Source: an uncultured Thermococci archaeon
GTDB lineage: Archaea > Methanobacteriota_B > Thermococci > Methanofastidiosales > B48-G16
Length of the DNA stretch: 64,000 bases
Assembly (NCBI GenBank): GCA_964595645.1
Contig: CAZQQT010000006.1
Coordinates: forward strand, 97,115-161,114
Direction of reading: 5' to 3'
Shown: piece after piece, positions 50,285 to 60,899 of the stretch
Layout of the letters: every line of letters starts with the position of its first letter
Numbering within the stretch: the first letter of the stretch is position 1
The notes under the pieces: model-generated
Seen by the model: only the letters and a program-made list of their open reading frames with translations
What the model was told of the DNA's origin: nothing
The model's database searches: none
Translations under genes and position numbers: made by a program

Positions 50285-50503
50285 TTATTTGTTCCATTTT
50301 ATTTCTATTTCTATCTCTTTTTGTCCTTTCTCAATTTTAAAACCGTACTCTATCTCCATGTTACCCTCAGGTATTCGAACTCTCTCATTTTCAATCTTTA
50401 TCTCTCCTGCGCCAATTTCATTCTTGAAATTTTCTAGAAATTCAATAAGTTGTGTTCTATTGTATAAATATTTTTTTTCAATTTCTTTTTCTGGTTCTGT
50501 CAT
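50285..50503 (-). CDS. Amphi-Trp domain protein
   Basis: R.QL.EFL....EI..G.I...EIEIEIKW; GAGGTG RBS. Confidence 0.8.
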   Translation of the reverse strand: MTEPEKEIEKKYLYNRTQLIEFLENFKNEIGAGEIKIENERVRIPEGNMEIEYGFKIEKGQKEIEIEIKWNK

Positions 50504-50740
50504 TTTTTTCACCTCTATATCTACTGAAATAAACGTCTATATAAAACTTATTGTCGCATAATAAAATAAGTATCTGTATTGAGAATTTCATCTGCATTTA
50601 TCAGTAAAGTGTGTACTGTTCTGTAGAATTTTTTGATATCTTCGCTCTTCCATCCCACGTATTTCGCGGATTATTTTATAGATTATTAGAATTATGAAAA
50701 AAAGACTTTGGGCGAGTATATAGAAAAACAGTCAGAAAAG

Positions 50741-50812
50741 TGCGGCTGTCGGGATTTGAACCCGAGTCATGAGCGTGGCAGGCCCATGTGCTAGCCACTA
50801 CACTACAGCCGC
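50741..50812 (-). tRNA. tRNA-Gly (anticodon GCC), no intron, CCA not encoded
   Basis: GCGGCTG acceptor stem, anticodon arm TGGGC-CTGCCAC-GCTCA, T-loop GTTCAAATC. Confidence 0.95.
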
Positions 50813-50908
50813 ATTACTACAGTTTTCTAAACTGATGAATAAAAGGGTTTCGGTGACATCACAATCCGGTACATACGTTAAACGACGTTTGTATCGAAAG
50901 ATATGAAG

Positions 50909-52075
50909 TCACTCTATTTTTTCTGGATCGTAAACAGTGAAAAAAATCACTACAACACCTATTAGTCCAACAACTCCACAGAGAAGAAAGGGAGTACTAC
51001 GTGAAATGTTATCATATGCCCACCCGCCCAGAAGCGGACCGACGAGGAGACCAAGGTTTCTTCCCGTAGAAAAGAGACCCATCACCTTTCCTCGTGTTTC
51101 TTTATAGGCGATACTCGTGACCAACGCATTGTTCGATGGCATGGCCATTCCTGTGCCTGCCGCTGCAACGATCACTGGTGTTAAAAAAGCGACAAAACTC
51201 CTGGCAAACACGATCGATGCCGTTGCCAGAGAGTTGATCGTTCGCCCAATGAGGAGAAAGATCCTTTTCCCATAAATATCGGAAAGTTCTCCTGTAAGAG
51301 GTTTTACAAAAAATCGTGTGATCCCACGGATACCGAAGATTGTACCGATAAGCGCCTCAGAAAATCCGAGTGCCTCGTTACCATAAACTGAGAGGACGGT
51401 CATGGTCAATCCCAGTGCAAAGGAAGTGGTGAATCCACCCACACAGAGACCTACCAATACTTTTTTGTAGGGAGTAAGCTCCTTTCTCTCCGTCTGCTTC
51501 TCTTTCTCGTGCGTCACATGGGTTGCCGTTTCTTTTACTCGCAACACGATCAACACGGCGCTAACAAATGCCATCCCTGAACATACATAGAAACTAAAGG
51601 ACATAGAGATAATATCTGAGAGTGCACCGCCGATAAAGGGACCGAAGGCCATTCCAAGATCCCACATCATCGAAAAAAGCCCCATGGCCTTTCCCCTGTC
51701 CTCAAACTTGACGATATCGGCTGCCATTACAGTAGCTGCAGGCCACACAACACCGGAGGCAGCACCCTGTACTGCTCTCAACGCGTAGAGGTGCCACAAC
51801 TCTGTTGCCACACCAAAAAGGAACATATTCAAGGCATACACAAAAAGGCCAAAAGATATAACCCTTTTTCTTCCTATTTTATCTGCAAAATGTCCACCAG
51901 CATACGAAGTTAAAACACGAGTCAAGGCAAACATAGAGGTAATAATTCCAAGTTCAAGGCCTGAAGCTCCAAAATTTCGGGCATAGAGGGGAAGAAGAGG
52001 TACTACTAGCCCAAATCCAACCATGCTGACGAACACTGCAAAAAGTAACTCTGCCAGGTTCTTATACTCCTTCAT
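50909..52075 (-). CDS. MFS transporter (DHA1/TetA-like)
   Basis: Motif A GHFADKIGRK and GELSDIYGKR, 12 TM helices; likely start ATG 52075. Confidence 0.92.
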   Translation of the reverse strand: MKEYKNLAELLFAVFVSMVGFGLVVPLLPLYARNFGASGLELGIITSMFALTRVLTSYAGGHFADKIGRKRVISFGLFVYALNMFLFGVATELWHLYALRAVQGAASGVVWPAATVMAADIVKFEDRGKAMGLFSMMWDLGMAFGPFIGGALSDIISMSFSFYVCSGMAFVSAVLIVLRVKETATHVTHEKEKQTERKELTPYKKVLVGLCVGGFTTSFALGLTMTVLSVYGNEALGFSEALIGTIFGIRGITRFFVKPLTGELSDIYGKRIFLLIGRTINSLATASIVFARSFVAFLTPVIVAAAGTGMAMPSNNALVTSIAYKETRGKVMGLFSTGRNLGLLVGPLLGGWAYDNISRSTPFLLCGVVGLIGVVVIFFTVYDPEKIE

Positions 52076-52277
52076 GACACGATAGTTCTCAGAGAGGATC
52101 CGTGTGATACCTTTGACACTGTTATTGATCATTGTTGCATGAGTGCACATACATACTTATAAAGCCTTCGCATGGGGAACCTTTTTAAACAATCCCCCTT
52201 ATAGTGCATGCATGAACAACGTAGTGCGTGATGCCCGCCAATTTTGATTCCTTTCCTTCACGGGAGGAGGTTTTTCT

Positions 52278-53759
52278 ATGCTTAATTTACATGAAAAAAA
52301 AGTTCTTATCATATTCGGAGAGAGTAGGGAAGAAACCGTTGAAAAAATAGCGAAAAAAGCAGAAATGGATGAAGTTGCTGTAATGCGGGCTGCATTATGG
52401 CTTTCTTCCAAAGATCTCGCAGAAATAAAAGAACATGAAGAAAAAATCGTTGAACTCACAGATGAGGGGAGAGAACTTGTAAAGGGGCTCCCTGAAAGAG
52501 AAGTATTAAGAAAGGTAGGAGATGGAGCATTTCTTGACGAGTTAGATCTGGAGAAAGGATTTGTACTTGGTTGGCTTAAAAAGAGAGGATGGGCAAAAAT
52601 ACAGAAGAAAAATGGGAAAAATTATCTCAACCCTACATCCAAAGGAAAAAAGTTCTTAGATAAACAAACAGAGGATGAAAAAATCCTAAAAAAACTAAAG
52701 GAGGGAAAGATGGATGCCCAAGATATTCCAAAAGATATTCTTAAGATTCTCCGATCCAGAAAAGCAATAAAAACGAAAGAAAAGACAAAAAGAACGCTTA
52801 TCATCACAGAAAAAGGCATGAAAAAAGTGAAGGAAGGGATAACACTCACAGAGGAAGTTTCACAATTAACACCAGAGATCATCAGGAAAAAATCATGGGA
52901 AAACGTAACATTTAAACGATTCAATATAAAGACGGATGTAAAAGACGTGTATCCTGGAAAAAAACATTTCGTCAACCAAGCACTGGAGTACGTAAGGAAT
53001 ATCTGGATAGAGATGGGATTCAAAGAGATGACAGGACCAATCGTAGACACTCAGTTCTGGGTGTTCGATGCGCTCTTCCAGCCGCAGGATCACCCTGCCA
53101 GAGATATGCAGGACACATTCTTCGTGAAATACCCTGAAGAAGGTCCCCTCCCAGAGAAAGCGTTAGTACGCCGAGTGAAAAAAATGCATGAGGAAGGAAT
53201 CACCGAGGGATGGGGGTACGAGTGGGACGAAGAAATCGCGAAAAAACTCATCCTCAGAACGCATACGACAAGTCTCTCCGTTCGTACACTCGCCTCCCTC
53301 TCGAAGGAGGATATTCCAGCAAAGTTCTTCTCGGTAGGGAAGGTCTACCGAAATGAGACCTTGGACTGGAATCATCTGGCGGAGTTTTACCAGACAGATG
53401 GTATCGTCGTAGATGAAAACGCCACCTTCAGACAGCTCCTGGGCTATCTAAAACGGTATTTAGTAAAGATGGGATTCAAAAAATTTCGGTTCAGACCGGC
53501 ATACTTTCCGTACACAGAGCCAAGTGTCGAGGCAGAAGTACTTCATCCGAAAAAAAATGAGTGGGTGGAGCTCTTCGGCGCGGGTATCTTTAGACCGGAG
53601 GTTGTTGTTCCCCTTCTCGGTGAAGATATTCCCGTCCTCGCATGGGGTCCTGGCCCCGAGCGTATCATTCGCGAGTACTGGGATATCATTGACCTTCGGG
53701 ATCTCTACAGAAACGATCTAAGCCAACTGCGAGAATTAAAACTATTCTTCACGAGGTGA
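52278..53759 (+). CDS. pheS: Phenylalanyl-tRNA synthetase alpha subunit
   Basis: FDALFQPQDHPARDMQDTF, LRTHTT, YRNE, YFPYTEPS, GIFRPE. Confidence 0.97.
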   Translation: MLNLHEKKVLIIFGESREETVEKIAKKAEMDEVAVMRAALWLSSKDLAEIKEHEEKIVELTDEGRELVKGLPEREVLRKVGDGAFLDELDLEKGFVLGWLKKRGWAKIQKKNGKNYLNPTSKGKKFLDKQTEDEKILKKLKEGKMDAQDIPKDILKILRSRKAIKTKEKTKRTLIITEKGMKKVKEGITLTEEVSQLTPEIIRKKSWENVTFKRFNIKTDVKDVYPGKKHFVNQALEYVRNIWIEMGFKEMTGPIVDTQFWVFDALFQPQDHPARDMQDTFFVKYPEEGPLPEKALVRRVKKMHEEGITEGWGYEWDEEIAKKLILRTHTTSLSVRTLASLSKEDIPAKFFSVGKVYRNETLDWNHLAEFYQTDGIVVDENATFRQLLGYLKRYLVKMGFKKFRFRPAYFPYTEPSVEAEVLHPKKNEWVELFGAGIFRPEVVVPLLGEDIPVLAWGPGPERIIREYWDIIDLRDLYRNDLSQLRELKLFFTR

Positions 53760-53763
53760 AAAA

Positions 53764-55395
53764 ATGCCGACAATATCTCTTAACAAAGAAGACCTTTTAG
53801 CCATACTGGGAGAAGACGTTGACGACGACACACTCAAAGAAACAATCCCCATGATGGGAACAGAGCTAGAAGAGTTTAGTGACGAGATTACTGTGGAAAT
53901 ATTCCCCGACAGACCGGATATGCTCTCCGTCGAAGGATTTGCGTTGGCACTGAAGAGTTATTTAGGAATAGAAACAGGAATTTATGAAATCAAAGCTGTC
54001 GATGGTAGTTACAACGCAACGATAGATAAAAAAGTAAAAAAAGTGCGGCCTGATGCCGTCTGTGCTGTAGTGAAAAACGTCATATTCAATGACGCCGCAA
54101 TTAAATCATTGATGCAGGTTCAGGAAAAACTTCACCTCACCCATGGAAGACACAGGAGACGGGTGGCCATCGGTGTCCACGATCTGGATAAGGTGACCTT
54201 TCCTCTCTGTTACACGACGAAGCCAAAAGATTACGCGTTTATTCCGCTGGAACGATATACCGAGATGAGTATAGAGCAGATCCTCCAAGAACATGAAAAG
54301 GGAATCGAGTACGCACATCTCCTCGAAGGGTATGATGAGTGCCCCTTGTGGATAGATGCGGAGGATCGTGTGCTCTCCATGCCCCCTATCATCAATGCAG
54401 AACATACACGAGTAACAGAGCGAACGAAAAATCTTTTCATCGATGTGACCGGATACGGGAGGAAATATCTCGAACAGGCACTCAACATCCTCATTATGAG
54501 CCTTACCGTGAGAAATGGCACTGTGTACTCGGTGAAGGTAACAGATGTAGATGAGAACCGCACATATCCCACTATAACACCCAAGACGATGGAAATCGAT
54601 CTAGACTATGCGAACAAACTCCTTGGTGTCTCGCTGGATTTCGATACTGTATCAAAATTTTTAGAAAGAATGGGGTATGGTGTAGATGGTACCAATGTAT
54701 TGATCCCACCGTATAGAGCTGATATCATGCATAAAAGTGATATCGTGGAGGATATCGCCATTGCATACGGATTTAACAAATTTGAGCCAGAAATCCCAGA
54801 AATCTCTACAATTGGAGAAGAAAACCTTCGAGAAAAGTTTTTGAGAAAAATACAGGATCTCATGACAGGGTATCAGCTAATGGAAGTGAAAAACTATACG
54901 CTCACGAACAAAGATAGTCTGTTCACGAAAATGAACAAACAAGAGAAATCTGTGGTAGAAATGAAGAATGCACTGACCATTGAGTACAACGTCCTGAGAA
55001 ACATGCTCATGCCAGGACTGCTCCATGTCTACGCAAACAACACCCACCATGGATATCCTCAGAACATCTTCGAGGTGGGGCGGATATTTGACATAAAAAA
55101 CGGTGAAGTGAAGGAGAAAATCAATCTTGCCGTCGGTATCTGTCATGAAGAGGCCAACTTCACAGAGTGCAAAGAGATTCTTGCTTCATTCTTCAAAAAT
55201 GTCGGTATAGCGTTTGAATTAGAAGAAAAGGAAGGAGAAGAGTTTACAGAAGGAAGAAGCGGCAGCATCCTCGTGGATAGAACATCTATCGGACACATCG
55301 GCGAGATCCATCCTGAAGTACTCTCGAACTGGGGAATTGGGATGCCAGTAGCGAGCTTTGAACTAAACCTCGATCGAATATATGAAAAGGTATAA
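53764..55395 (+). CDS. pheT: Phenylalanyl-tRNA synthetase beta subunit
   Basis: MPTI, DRPD.LS.EG, QEKLH, SMPPIINA, PPYR.D..H..DIVEDIAIAYG. Confidence 0.97.
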   Translation: MPTISLNKEDLLAILGEDVDDDTLKETIPMMGTELEEFSDEITVEIFPDRPDMLSVEGFALALKSYLGIETGIYEIKAVDGSYNATIDKKVKKVRPDAVCAVVKNVIFNDAAIKSLMQVQEKLHLTHGRHRRRVAIGVHDLDKVTFPLCYTTKPKDYAFIPLERYTEMSIEQILQEHEKGIEYAHLLEGYDECPLWIDAEDRVLSMPPIINAEHTRVTERTKNLFIDVTGYGRKYLEQALNILIMSLTVRNGTVYSVKVTDVDENRTYPTITPKTMEIDLDYANKLLGVSLDFDTVSKFLERMGYGVDGTNVLIPPYRADIMHKSDIVEDIAIAYGFNKFEPEIPEISTIGEENLREKFLRKIQDLMTGYQLMEVKNYTLTNKDSLFTKMNKQEKSVVEMKNALTIEYNVLRNMLMPGLLHVYANNTHHGYPQNIFEVGRIFDIKNGEVKEKINLAVGICHEEANFTECKEILASFFKNVGIAFELEEKEGEEFTEGRSGSILVDRTSIGHIGEIHPEVLSNWGIGMPVASFELNLDRIYEKV

Positions 55396-55450
55396 CGTGT
55401 CTTCCACAATTTTTATAAACGGATGACATGAGGGAGTATAGGGTAATTAT

Positions 55451-56254
55451 ATGAAATCGGTTAATCTCAGAAAGATCATGAAACTGTCTGCTGGCATTGC
55501 AGCAGGGATACTTATTCTCGCATACGCTACAAACTGTTACATCTACTACAATAATAGAATCGAAGTTTTTGAGATAGATGGTGTACTCGAGAGTTTCGAC
55601 GATGCAGAAAAGCTCATGAATATCGGGTACGACTCGGATGTAAAGGGAGTGGTACTCTCAATGAATAGCCCGGGAGGAGGTGTGTACGCCTCCAGAGAAC
55701 TGGAAAACGCGATTGAGAAGGTGAGCAAAGAAAAACCTGTTGTCTGCACAATTGAAGAGTACGGAGCTTCCGGAGCGTACTACGCTGCTTCTGCGGCCTC
55801 GTATATCTACGCCTATCAAAACTCCGCCGTGCTGGCCATGGGTGTCCTCGCGGTCTGGGTGGACTACTCGGACTACAATGAAGAAAAAGGAATCAAGTAC
55901 TGGATCTGGAAATCCTCGGAAATGAAGGATTTCGGCGCGCCGTGGAGGCCGCCCACTGAAGAAGAAAAACAAGTTCTCCAAACACAGATAGAAGCAATCA
56001 ACAACGAGTTCATCAAGACTGTTGCAGAGAATAGAGGAATGGATGTGGCTACGGTGGAAAAACACGCTGATGGTATGGTATACCTCGGAAGAGATGCCAC
56101 AGTACTGGGCTACATTGATGAGATAGGAGGCTTCAAAGACGCGCTACAAAAAACAGAGGAGCTCTCCAATATTAAGAAATACATCCTTATCACCGAAGAC
56201 GATACCAGTTGGGACATGCTGAAAAAAGCAATGGTAAAAGGCCTCGGACTGTGA
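55451..56254 (+). CDS. sppA: Signal peptide peptidase SppA (S49 family)
   Basis: NSPGG, KPVV, ASGAYY, K...KD, G..DEIG. Confidence 0.88.
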   Translation: MKSVNLRKIMKLSAGIAAGILILAYATNCYIYYNNRIEVFEIDGVLESFDDAEKLMNIGYDSDVKGVVLSMNSPGGGVYASRELENAIEKVSKEKPVVCTIEEYGASGAYYAASAASYIYAYQNSAVLAMGVLAVWVDYSDYNEEKGIKYWIWKSSEMKDFGAPWRPPTEEEKQVLQTQIEAINNEFIKTVAENRGMDVATVEKHADGMVYLGRDATVLGYIDEIGGFKDALQKTEELSNIKKYILITEDDTSWDMLKKAMVKGLGL

Positions 56255-56263
56255 GGTGATCTG

Positions 56264-57178
56264 TTGAAGAAAAAGGTAACAGACATAACAATCACAAAAG
56301 ATACTCGGCTCAGGGAACTGTTACATGAGATGTACGATGGTGGTGGATTCACTGGGAAGAAACTGGCTGTCGGGCTGAGTATTCTGGAACGGATGCACAA
56401 CGAAGCGTGTTACACATTTCTCTCGTTTCCCGCATGTATCGTGGCCACCGGTGTCCGGGGTGTGATCAAAGATCTTGTGAAACACGGATTCGTAGATTGT
56501 ATTATCACCACGTGTGGTACCCTCGATCACGATCTCGCGAGGATCTGGAAGGACTACTACCACGGGAGTTTTGGAATGAACGACGCTGAACTCCACAAGC
56601 GAGGAGTGAACAGACTGGGAAATGTGCTTGTGCCCAATGAATCGTACGGTGAAATCCTAGAAGAAAAACTCCAGCCACTCTTTGAAACCATTGAAAACAA
56701 AACGTATTCTTCACGTGAACTTATCTTTGAGGTAGGAAAACAGCTGAATGCCGAGAACTCCATTATCTACTGGGCGAGTAAGAAAAATGTACCGGTATTC
56801 GTGCCGGGAATCACCGACGGTGCCTTTGGATTTCAGCTGTGGATGTACGCACAGGACAACGAGATGACAGTGGAGCCATTAAAGGATGAAAGTGAACTCT
56901 CCGATATCATCTACTCCGCCGAAAAAACAGGCGCACTGATGATCGGTGGAGGCATCTCAAAACACCATACAATCTGGTGGAACCAGTTCAGAGGGGGGCT
57001 GGACTACGCCGTGTATATCACTACTGCCCCGGAGTGGGATGGATCGCTCTCCGGAGCGAAAATGAGAGAGGCCGTTTCCTGGGGGAAGGTAAAGGAAGAC
57101 GCGAGTTACGTGACAATCGAAGGAGATGCCACTACCATCCTCCCCATTCTCGCACTGGCGCTATTCCAGAACCTATGA
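56264..57178 (+). CDS. dys: Deoxyhypusine synthase
   Basis: GVNRLGNV.VP, TDG, GGGISKHH, DGSLSGA..REAVSWGKV, GDAT. Confidence 0.96.
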   Translation: MKKKVTDITITKDTRLRELLHEMYDGGGFTGKKLAVGLSILERMHNEACYTFLSFPACIVATGVRGVIKDLVKHGFVDCIITTCGTLDHDLARIWKDYYHGSFGMNDAELHKRGVNRLGNVLVPNESYGEILEEKLQPLFETIENKTYSSRELIFEVGKQLNAENSIIYWASKKNVPVFVPGITDGAFGFQLWMYAQDNEMTVEPLKDESELSDIIYSAEKTGALMIGGGISKHHTIWWNQFRGGLDYAVYITTAPEWDGSLSGAKMREAVSWGKVKEDASYVTIEGDATTILPILALALFQNL

Positions 57179-58672
57179 CCGGTACCGGTAGTAGTCTACC
57201 GCCAATGCTGCTATCCCTCCACAAAGAAGAACGTATGCTAGGAAGTTTGGGAGAATCGGTGTAGCGGGCGTTGATTTCGCAGTTTTAACTCTTTCCTTTT
57301 GTGCAAACACACTGTACCGTTTTGTACTTTTAATCTCCACCACACGTTCCAAGAACTGGGGATTTCGTTCCTTAGATCTGGCTAAAAACTGCGAATCGGC
57401 AATAAAAAGTGTTGCCGCAGCAGGGGGGACTCTCATTTCAGGCTGCACCTCACGCCACATCCCTTGCATCTGCGATCTCCCGGTGAGACTTGTAATGAGA
57501 CACCCCACAGGAGGATTCGTGATGAAGAAGATCTCGTTTGGATCAGTGTTGTTCTCAACGACATTACAGAGATCCAATACCTCCTCTGTAATCATGCTCG
57601 GAGGAAGCCTTCCTTTTATAAGTCTCAATGGTACTGGATCCTCAATAGAAAGCTCATTTCCCTGAGGAGTCGTGCTGAAGACGGGATCGGCGAGATTGAG
57701 TACTATCAGCAGCGTCACCGCCATTGCAAATCCTACTCGTAGACCGTACTTCCGCTGATTACGGATTAACGCGTTCTCTATCTCTGCGAGGCTCACCCCT
57801 CCAAGAATAGAAAAGGCCAATGCGATATGCGCCCAGAACCGCATGGGATATCTATAAAGAATCACCAGCATCGCAAAAAAATACACCGCTGGAAGGTAGT
57901 ACTGCTTTCTCTTCAAAAGACAGTAGATGAGACCAATAAATCCGAAGAACAGTAGGACAAGATGCACCTCAGTCTGTAAAATCGTCCCAAACATCTCAGA
58001 ACGAATATCTCCGTAATGTCGCAGGACGTGGATCATCCACGGCGAGAAGAGGAGATAGCTCAGGGCAAGCACCTTCACGATCACTTTCCGTCGTGTGTTC
58101 CGAAGCACAGCATAGAGAAGAAGCGACGCCCCAACTATGTGCGGCATGGAGAGATGCGTGTACAATGCCGCAGTCATCAACACAGTACCGCTTACCACTC
58201 TACGTTTTTCCACAGCCCAGAATATCAGCGGTGTGAGGACAACTACCACAGATGTAGCATTAGTGAGTGCCTGCGATCGGTAAAAGTTGAATGGTATCGT
58301 GAGCAGAAGTACCGCGTAAAAAGCTATCTTCCTGTCAAATACCTCTCGTGTGTATAGAAACGTCGTCAACTGCACAAGAGGGAACATAATAAAGCTGATG
58401 ATCTTTCCCACCGTGAGCATCGGCATGACTTCTGCCATGAGGCTCATTACCACGTGGAGAAATGGAGGATAGAGATGGGACCTCCCCACTGGTGCGAACT
58501 CCCAGAAATCGTGAAGAACAACGCCTCCTGCCATCTGGAACCCTTTTGCTACACTCATATGATAGAAGATATCTACGAACACCGGAAAGACATTTAATCG
58601 GTACAATGAGAGAAGAGTACTCACTGCAATGACGCCCAGTGCCATCACATCGTACTTGTTCAACTGCTTCAT
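57173..58672 (-). CDS. Multi-pass membrane protein, GT-C glycosyltransferase-like
   Basis: About 12 TM helices; first-loop D..YH, YPP.LH and RF motifs; soluble C-terminal domain plus terminal TM. Confidence 0.6.
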   Translation of the reverse strand: MKQLNKYDVMALGVIAVSTLLSLYRLNVFPVFVDIFYHMSVAKGFQMAGGVVLHDFWEFAPVGRSHLYPPFLHVVMSLMAEVMPMLTVGKIISFIMFPLVQLTTFLYTREVFDRKIAFYAVLLLTIPFNFYRSQALTNATSVVVVLTPLIFWAVEKRRVVSGTVLMTAALYTHLSMPHIVGASLLLYAVLRNTRRKVIVKVLALSYLLFSPWMIHVLRHYGDIRSEMFGTILQTEVHLVLLFFGFIGLIYCLLKRKQYYLPAVYFFAMLVILYRYPMRFWAHIALAFSILGGVSLAEIENALIRNQRKYGLRVGFAMAVTLLIVLNLADPVFSTTPQGNELSIEDPVPLRLIKGRLPPSMITEEVLDLCNVVENNTDPNEIFFITNPPVGCLITSLTGRSQMQGMWREVQPEMRVPPAAATLFIADSQFLARSKERNPQFLERVVEIKSTKRYSVFAQKERVKTAKSTPATPILPNFLAYVLLCGGIAALAVDYYRYRS

Positions 58673-59079
58673 GGTATCCCCCTAAGCTTCTCAATCGCGC
58701 GGTTAATGAGATCGAGTGCTCGCTTATAGTGTTTCTGTTGGTACGCTGTCTCCGCATCTCTCGCTAGTTTGAGAATTTCTGCAGGAATTTTCTCTTGAGG
58801 AATCTGCTTCTCCTGAAGCAACGTTTTGAATGCTGCTCTTTTCTGCTGATACATCTTTTCTGGAGATATTTTCTCTGGAGTGCGAGTTATCACATATAGT
58901 GTACCTATTAAAAGTGAAAATATAAGTGTTCCTGCAATAACCGCCACTAGAAGTGTTCGTTTTGAAATTTTTTTCCCTCCCACCAGATAATCCATATCCT
59001 CTTTTTCCAGTAGGGACGCCATTTCCTGCTCATCGGGTTCCTGAACACCGAGCTCCTCGAGAATCTCTTCTTTTTCCAT
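58669..59079 (-). CDS. Single-TM helical hypothetical protein
   Basis: Acidic N-terminus, one TM helix, C-terminal helical hairpin. Confidence 0.7.
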   Translation of the reverse strand: MEKEEILEELGVQEPDEQEMASLLEKEDMDYLVGGKKISKRTLLVAVIAGTLIFSLLIGTLYVITRTPEKISPEKMYQQKRAAFKTLLQEKQIPQEKIPAEILKLARDAETAYQQKHYKRALDLINRAIEKLRGIP

Positions 59080-59084
59080 GACCT

Positions 59085-59846
59085 CTACAACCGTTTTAGT
59101 TTTATATAGTTTTCTTTCCCTCGCTCTATTTCTATTATTCCCTTTTCTTCCATTCTATTAAATCGTCTCCACGCTGTCGTTCGAGGAATTTTCAGGCTCT
59201 TTCGTATTGTTGAGGAAAGTGAATCACCATGTTCTTCAAGGAATTTTACGATCTTTTTTTCTTCCTTAGGGAGATCCGAAAATTTCGTACGGATTTTCCA
59301 GAAGAGGTAGGTGCCCACTACACCGATTACGCTGCAGGCAACAAGAAGGAAATTGAGAATGCTGTGACCGCTTTCCTCCTCTGTAGTAAAAAAGTAACTT
59401 ACAGTCTGCGTCCCTTCGGGGAGGGTAATGACAGTCTCAGATATTTTCAACGGGACATCGCTGAGATCGACCACCGTCATGCCGTGAGGAAGTGCAAGGG
59501 TAATCGGTACAGGGGTGGTGATCTCTATGGTCCACACCATTCCCTCTTTGTCCGTGAGATCGGGAGTATCGTACTCAACTGTTATCTGTGTGCTGGATCC
59601 CGTGTCCACAATGAGTTCATTCTCGGAAATCTCGTAATCGAGTACGGTATCGCCTGTCACAAGCACATTCTCCCAGTGTTCACCAAAAAGAGGGATGACG
59701 ACAATGATATCTTCTTCCACAGAAAACGTCTGCGAGATGTGGCAGTATCCATCCCGATACACGGTAACACAAACATCTTCTATTTCGTAAGCTGTCGCAG
59801 TGGAAATGAATAAAAAAAGTAAAAGAAGAGATACTTTACGGTTCAT
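59085..59846 (-). CDS. Membrane-anchored winged-helix regulator (COG2512-like)
   Basis: Signal peptide, extracellular beta domain, TM helix, then EKKIVKFL...S.IRK.L.IPRTTAWR...RMEEKGII. Confidence 0.82.
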   Translation of the reverse strand: MNRKVSLLLLFLFISTATAYEIEDVCVTVYRDGYCHISQTFSVEEDIIVVIPLFGEHWENVLVTGDTVLDYEISENELIVDTGSSTQITVEYDTPDLTDKEGMVWTIEITTPVPITLALPHGMTVVDLSDVPLKISETVITLPEGTQTVSYFFTTEEESGHSILNFLLVACSVIGVVGTYLFWKIRTKFSDLPKEEKKIVKFLEEHGDSLSSTIRKSLKIPRTTAWRRFNRMEEKGIIEIERGKENYIKLKRL

Positions 59847-60675
59847 TCACAATTCCCCGAAGTTTCTCTTGAAATTGCTGCATTTTCTTATATATCTCTC
59901 TTATTTTTGATACTGCTTCTTCGTAATCCCCTTTTCGTACTAATTCGTGCGCAGAAGCAATGTCCGTTTTGATATCATCAAGTTCAGCTTCAAGCTCTGT
60001 GACATCGTAGCCTTCTTGTTCCATCCTGTCGAGTATCTTCTCATACACCTGTACTCGCCTCTCCATAGCCCTGAAGAGTTTTTCAACGCGTTCCTTAAGG
60101 TTTTCTCGATACTGTTCTTTCCATACCTCTCGTAACTTTTGTAAGACGTTTTTTGCTTTCTGTATCTCAGATACCGCGTTTCTCAGATTTCCCTCCTCTA
60201 AGTATTCCTTCGCCTTCTCTACATGATTCTGTGCGGTGTTCAACAGTGCGAGTATCGCCTCATTGTCTATTTTTTCTCGTATTCTTGAGATGTATGTTTC
60301 GAGTCTCGCAATACTGTCTTCGATTTTCTCTTCTCTTCGTTCTCCCACGTCCTCTTTGATGAGGGCCGCACACTCCCTAAACGTGTGCATTACATCGAGA
60401 CAAGATTCTATCGACTTTTCATACTGTTTTTTCTCGTAAAAGTTGATGGCTTTGTTCAAATCCTTGCTTGCATCCTTAAAAAACTTTTCGGCCTCTTTAT
60501 TATCTACTTTCTCCAGTATCGTACTCAATTTTGCTTCTGCTTTTTCACAGAGCCGTATCATTCGCTCTGTCTTTGTCTGAAGATCCTGCGTTTCTCGTGT
60601 ACTGTTTGGCTCAGCGCTCATCGTAAAAACGGAGAGCACCAGCAGGAGACTTAGCCCTATCGCAGTCTTTTTCAT
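59836..60675 (-). CDS. Secreted all-helical repeat protein
   Basis: Signal peptide and three repeats of A...(YL)..G.Y..A helical hairpins. Confidence 0.75.
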   Translation of the reverse strand: MKKTAIGLSLLLVLSVFTMSAEPNSTRETQDLQTKTERMIRLCEKAEAKLSTILEKVDNKEAEKFFKDASKDLNKAINFYEKKQYEKSIESCLDVMHTFRECAALIKEDVGERREEKIEDSIARLETYISRIREKIDNEAILALLNTAQNHVEKAKEYLEEGNLRNAVSEIQKAKNVLQKLREVWKEQYRENLKERVEKLFRAMERRVQVYEKILDRMEQEGYDVTELEAELDDIKTDIASAHELVRKGDYEEAVSKIREIYKKMQQFQEKLRGIVNEP

Positions 60676-60722
60676 GATGTATCACCAATTTTCTTCTTTT
60701 TTCTTTGTATTTAAGGAACACG

Positions 60723-60740
60723 GTGAAACGCACGTTTCAC
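60723..60740. promoter_or_regulatory. Perfect palindrome upstream of the 60675-57173 operon promoter
   Basis: GTGAAACG-CA-CGTTTCAC just upstream of the minus-strand TATA-like CTTAAATA. Confidence 0.6.
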
Positions 60741-60899
60741 AGCCGTATAATGAAAAATTATATCTTTTTACGCCCTTTTATCTTATAAAGTTTTCTATAA
60801 CTTCTACATCTACCTTCTTTTTTATTCAATGACCGAAAAATCATAAATCTCGTTCATAATATAAATGAAAGATAAAAAAAGTAAGTGAAAAGAAAAGAG

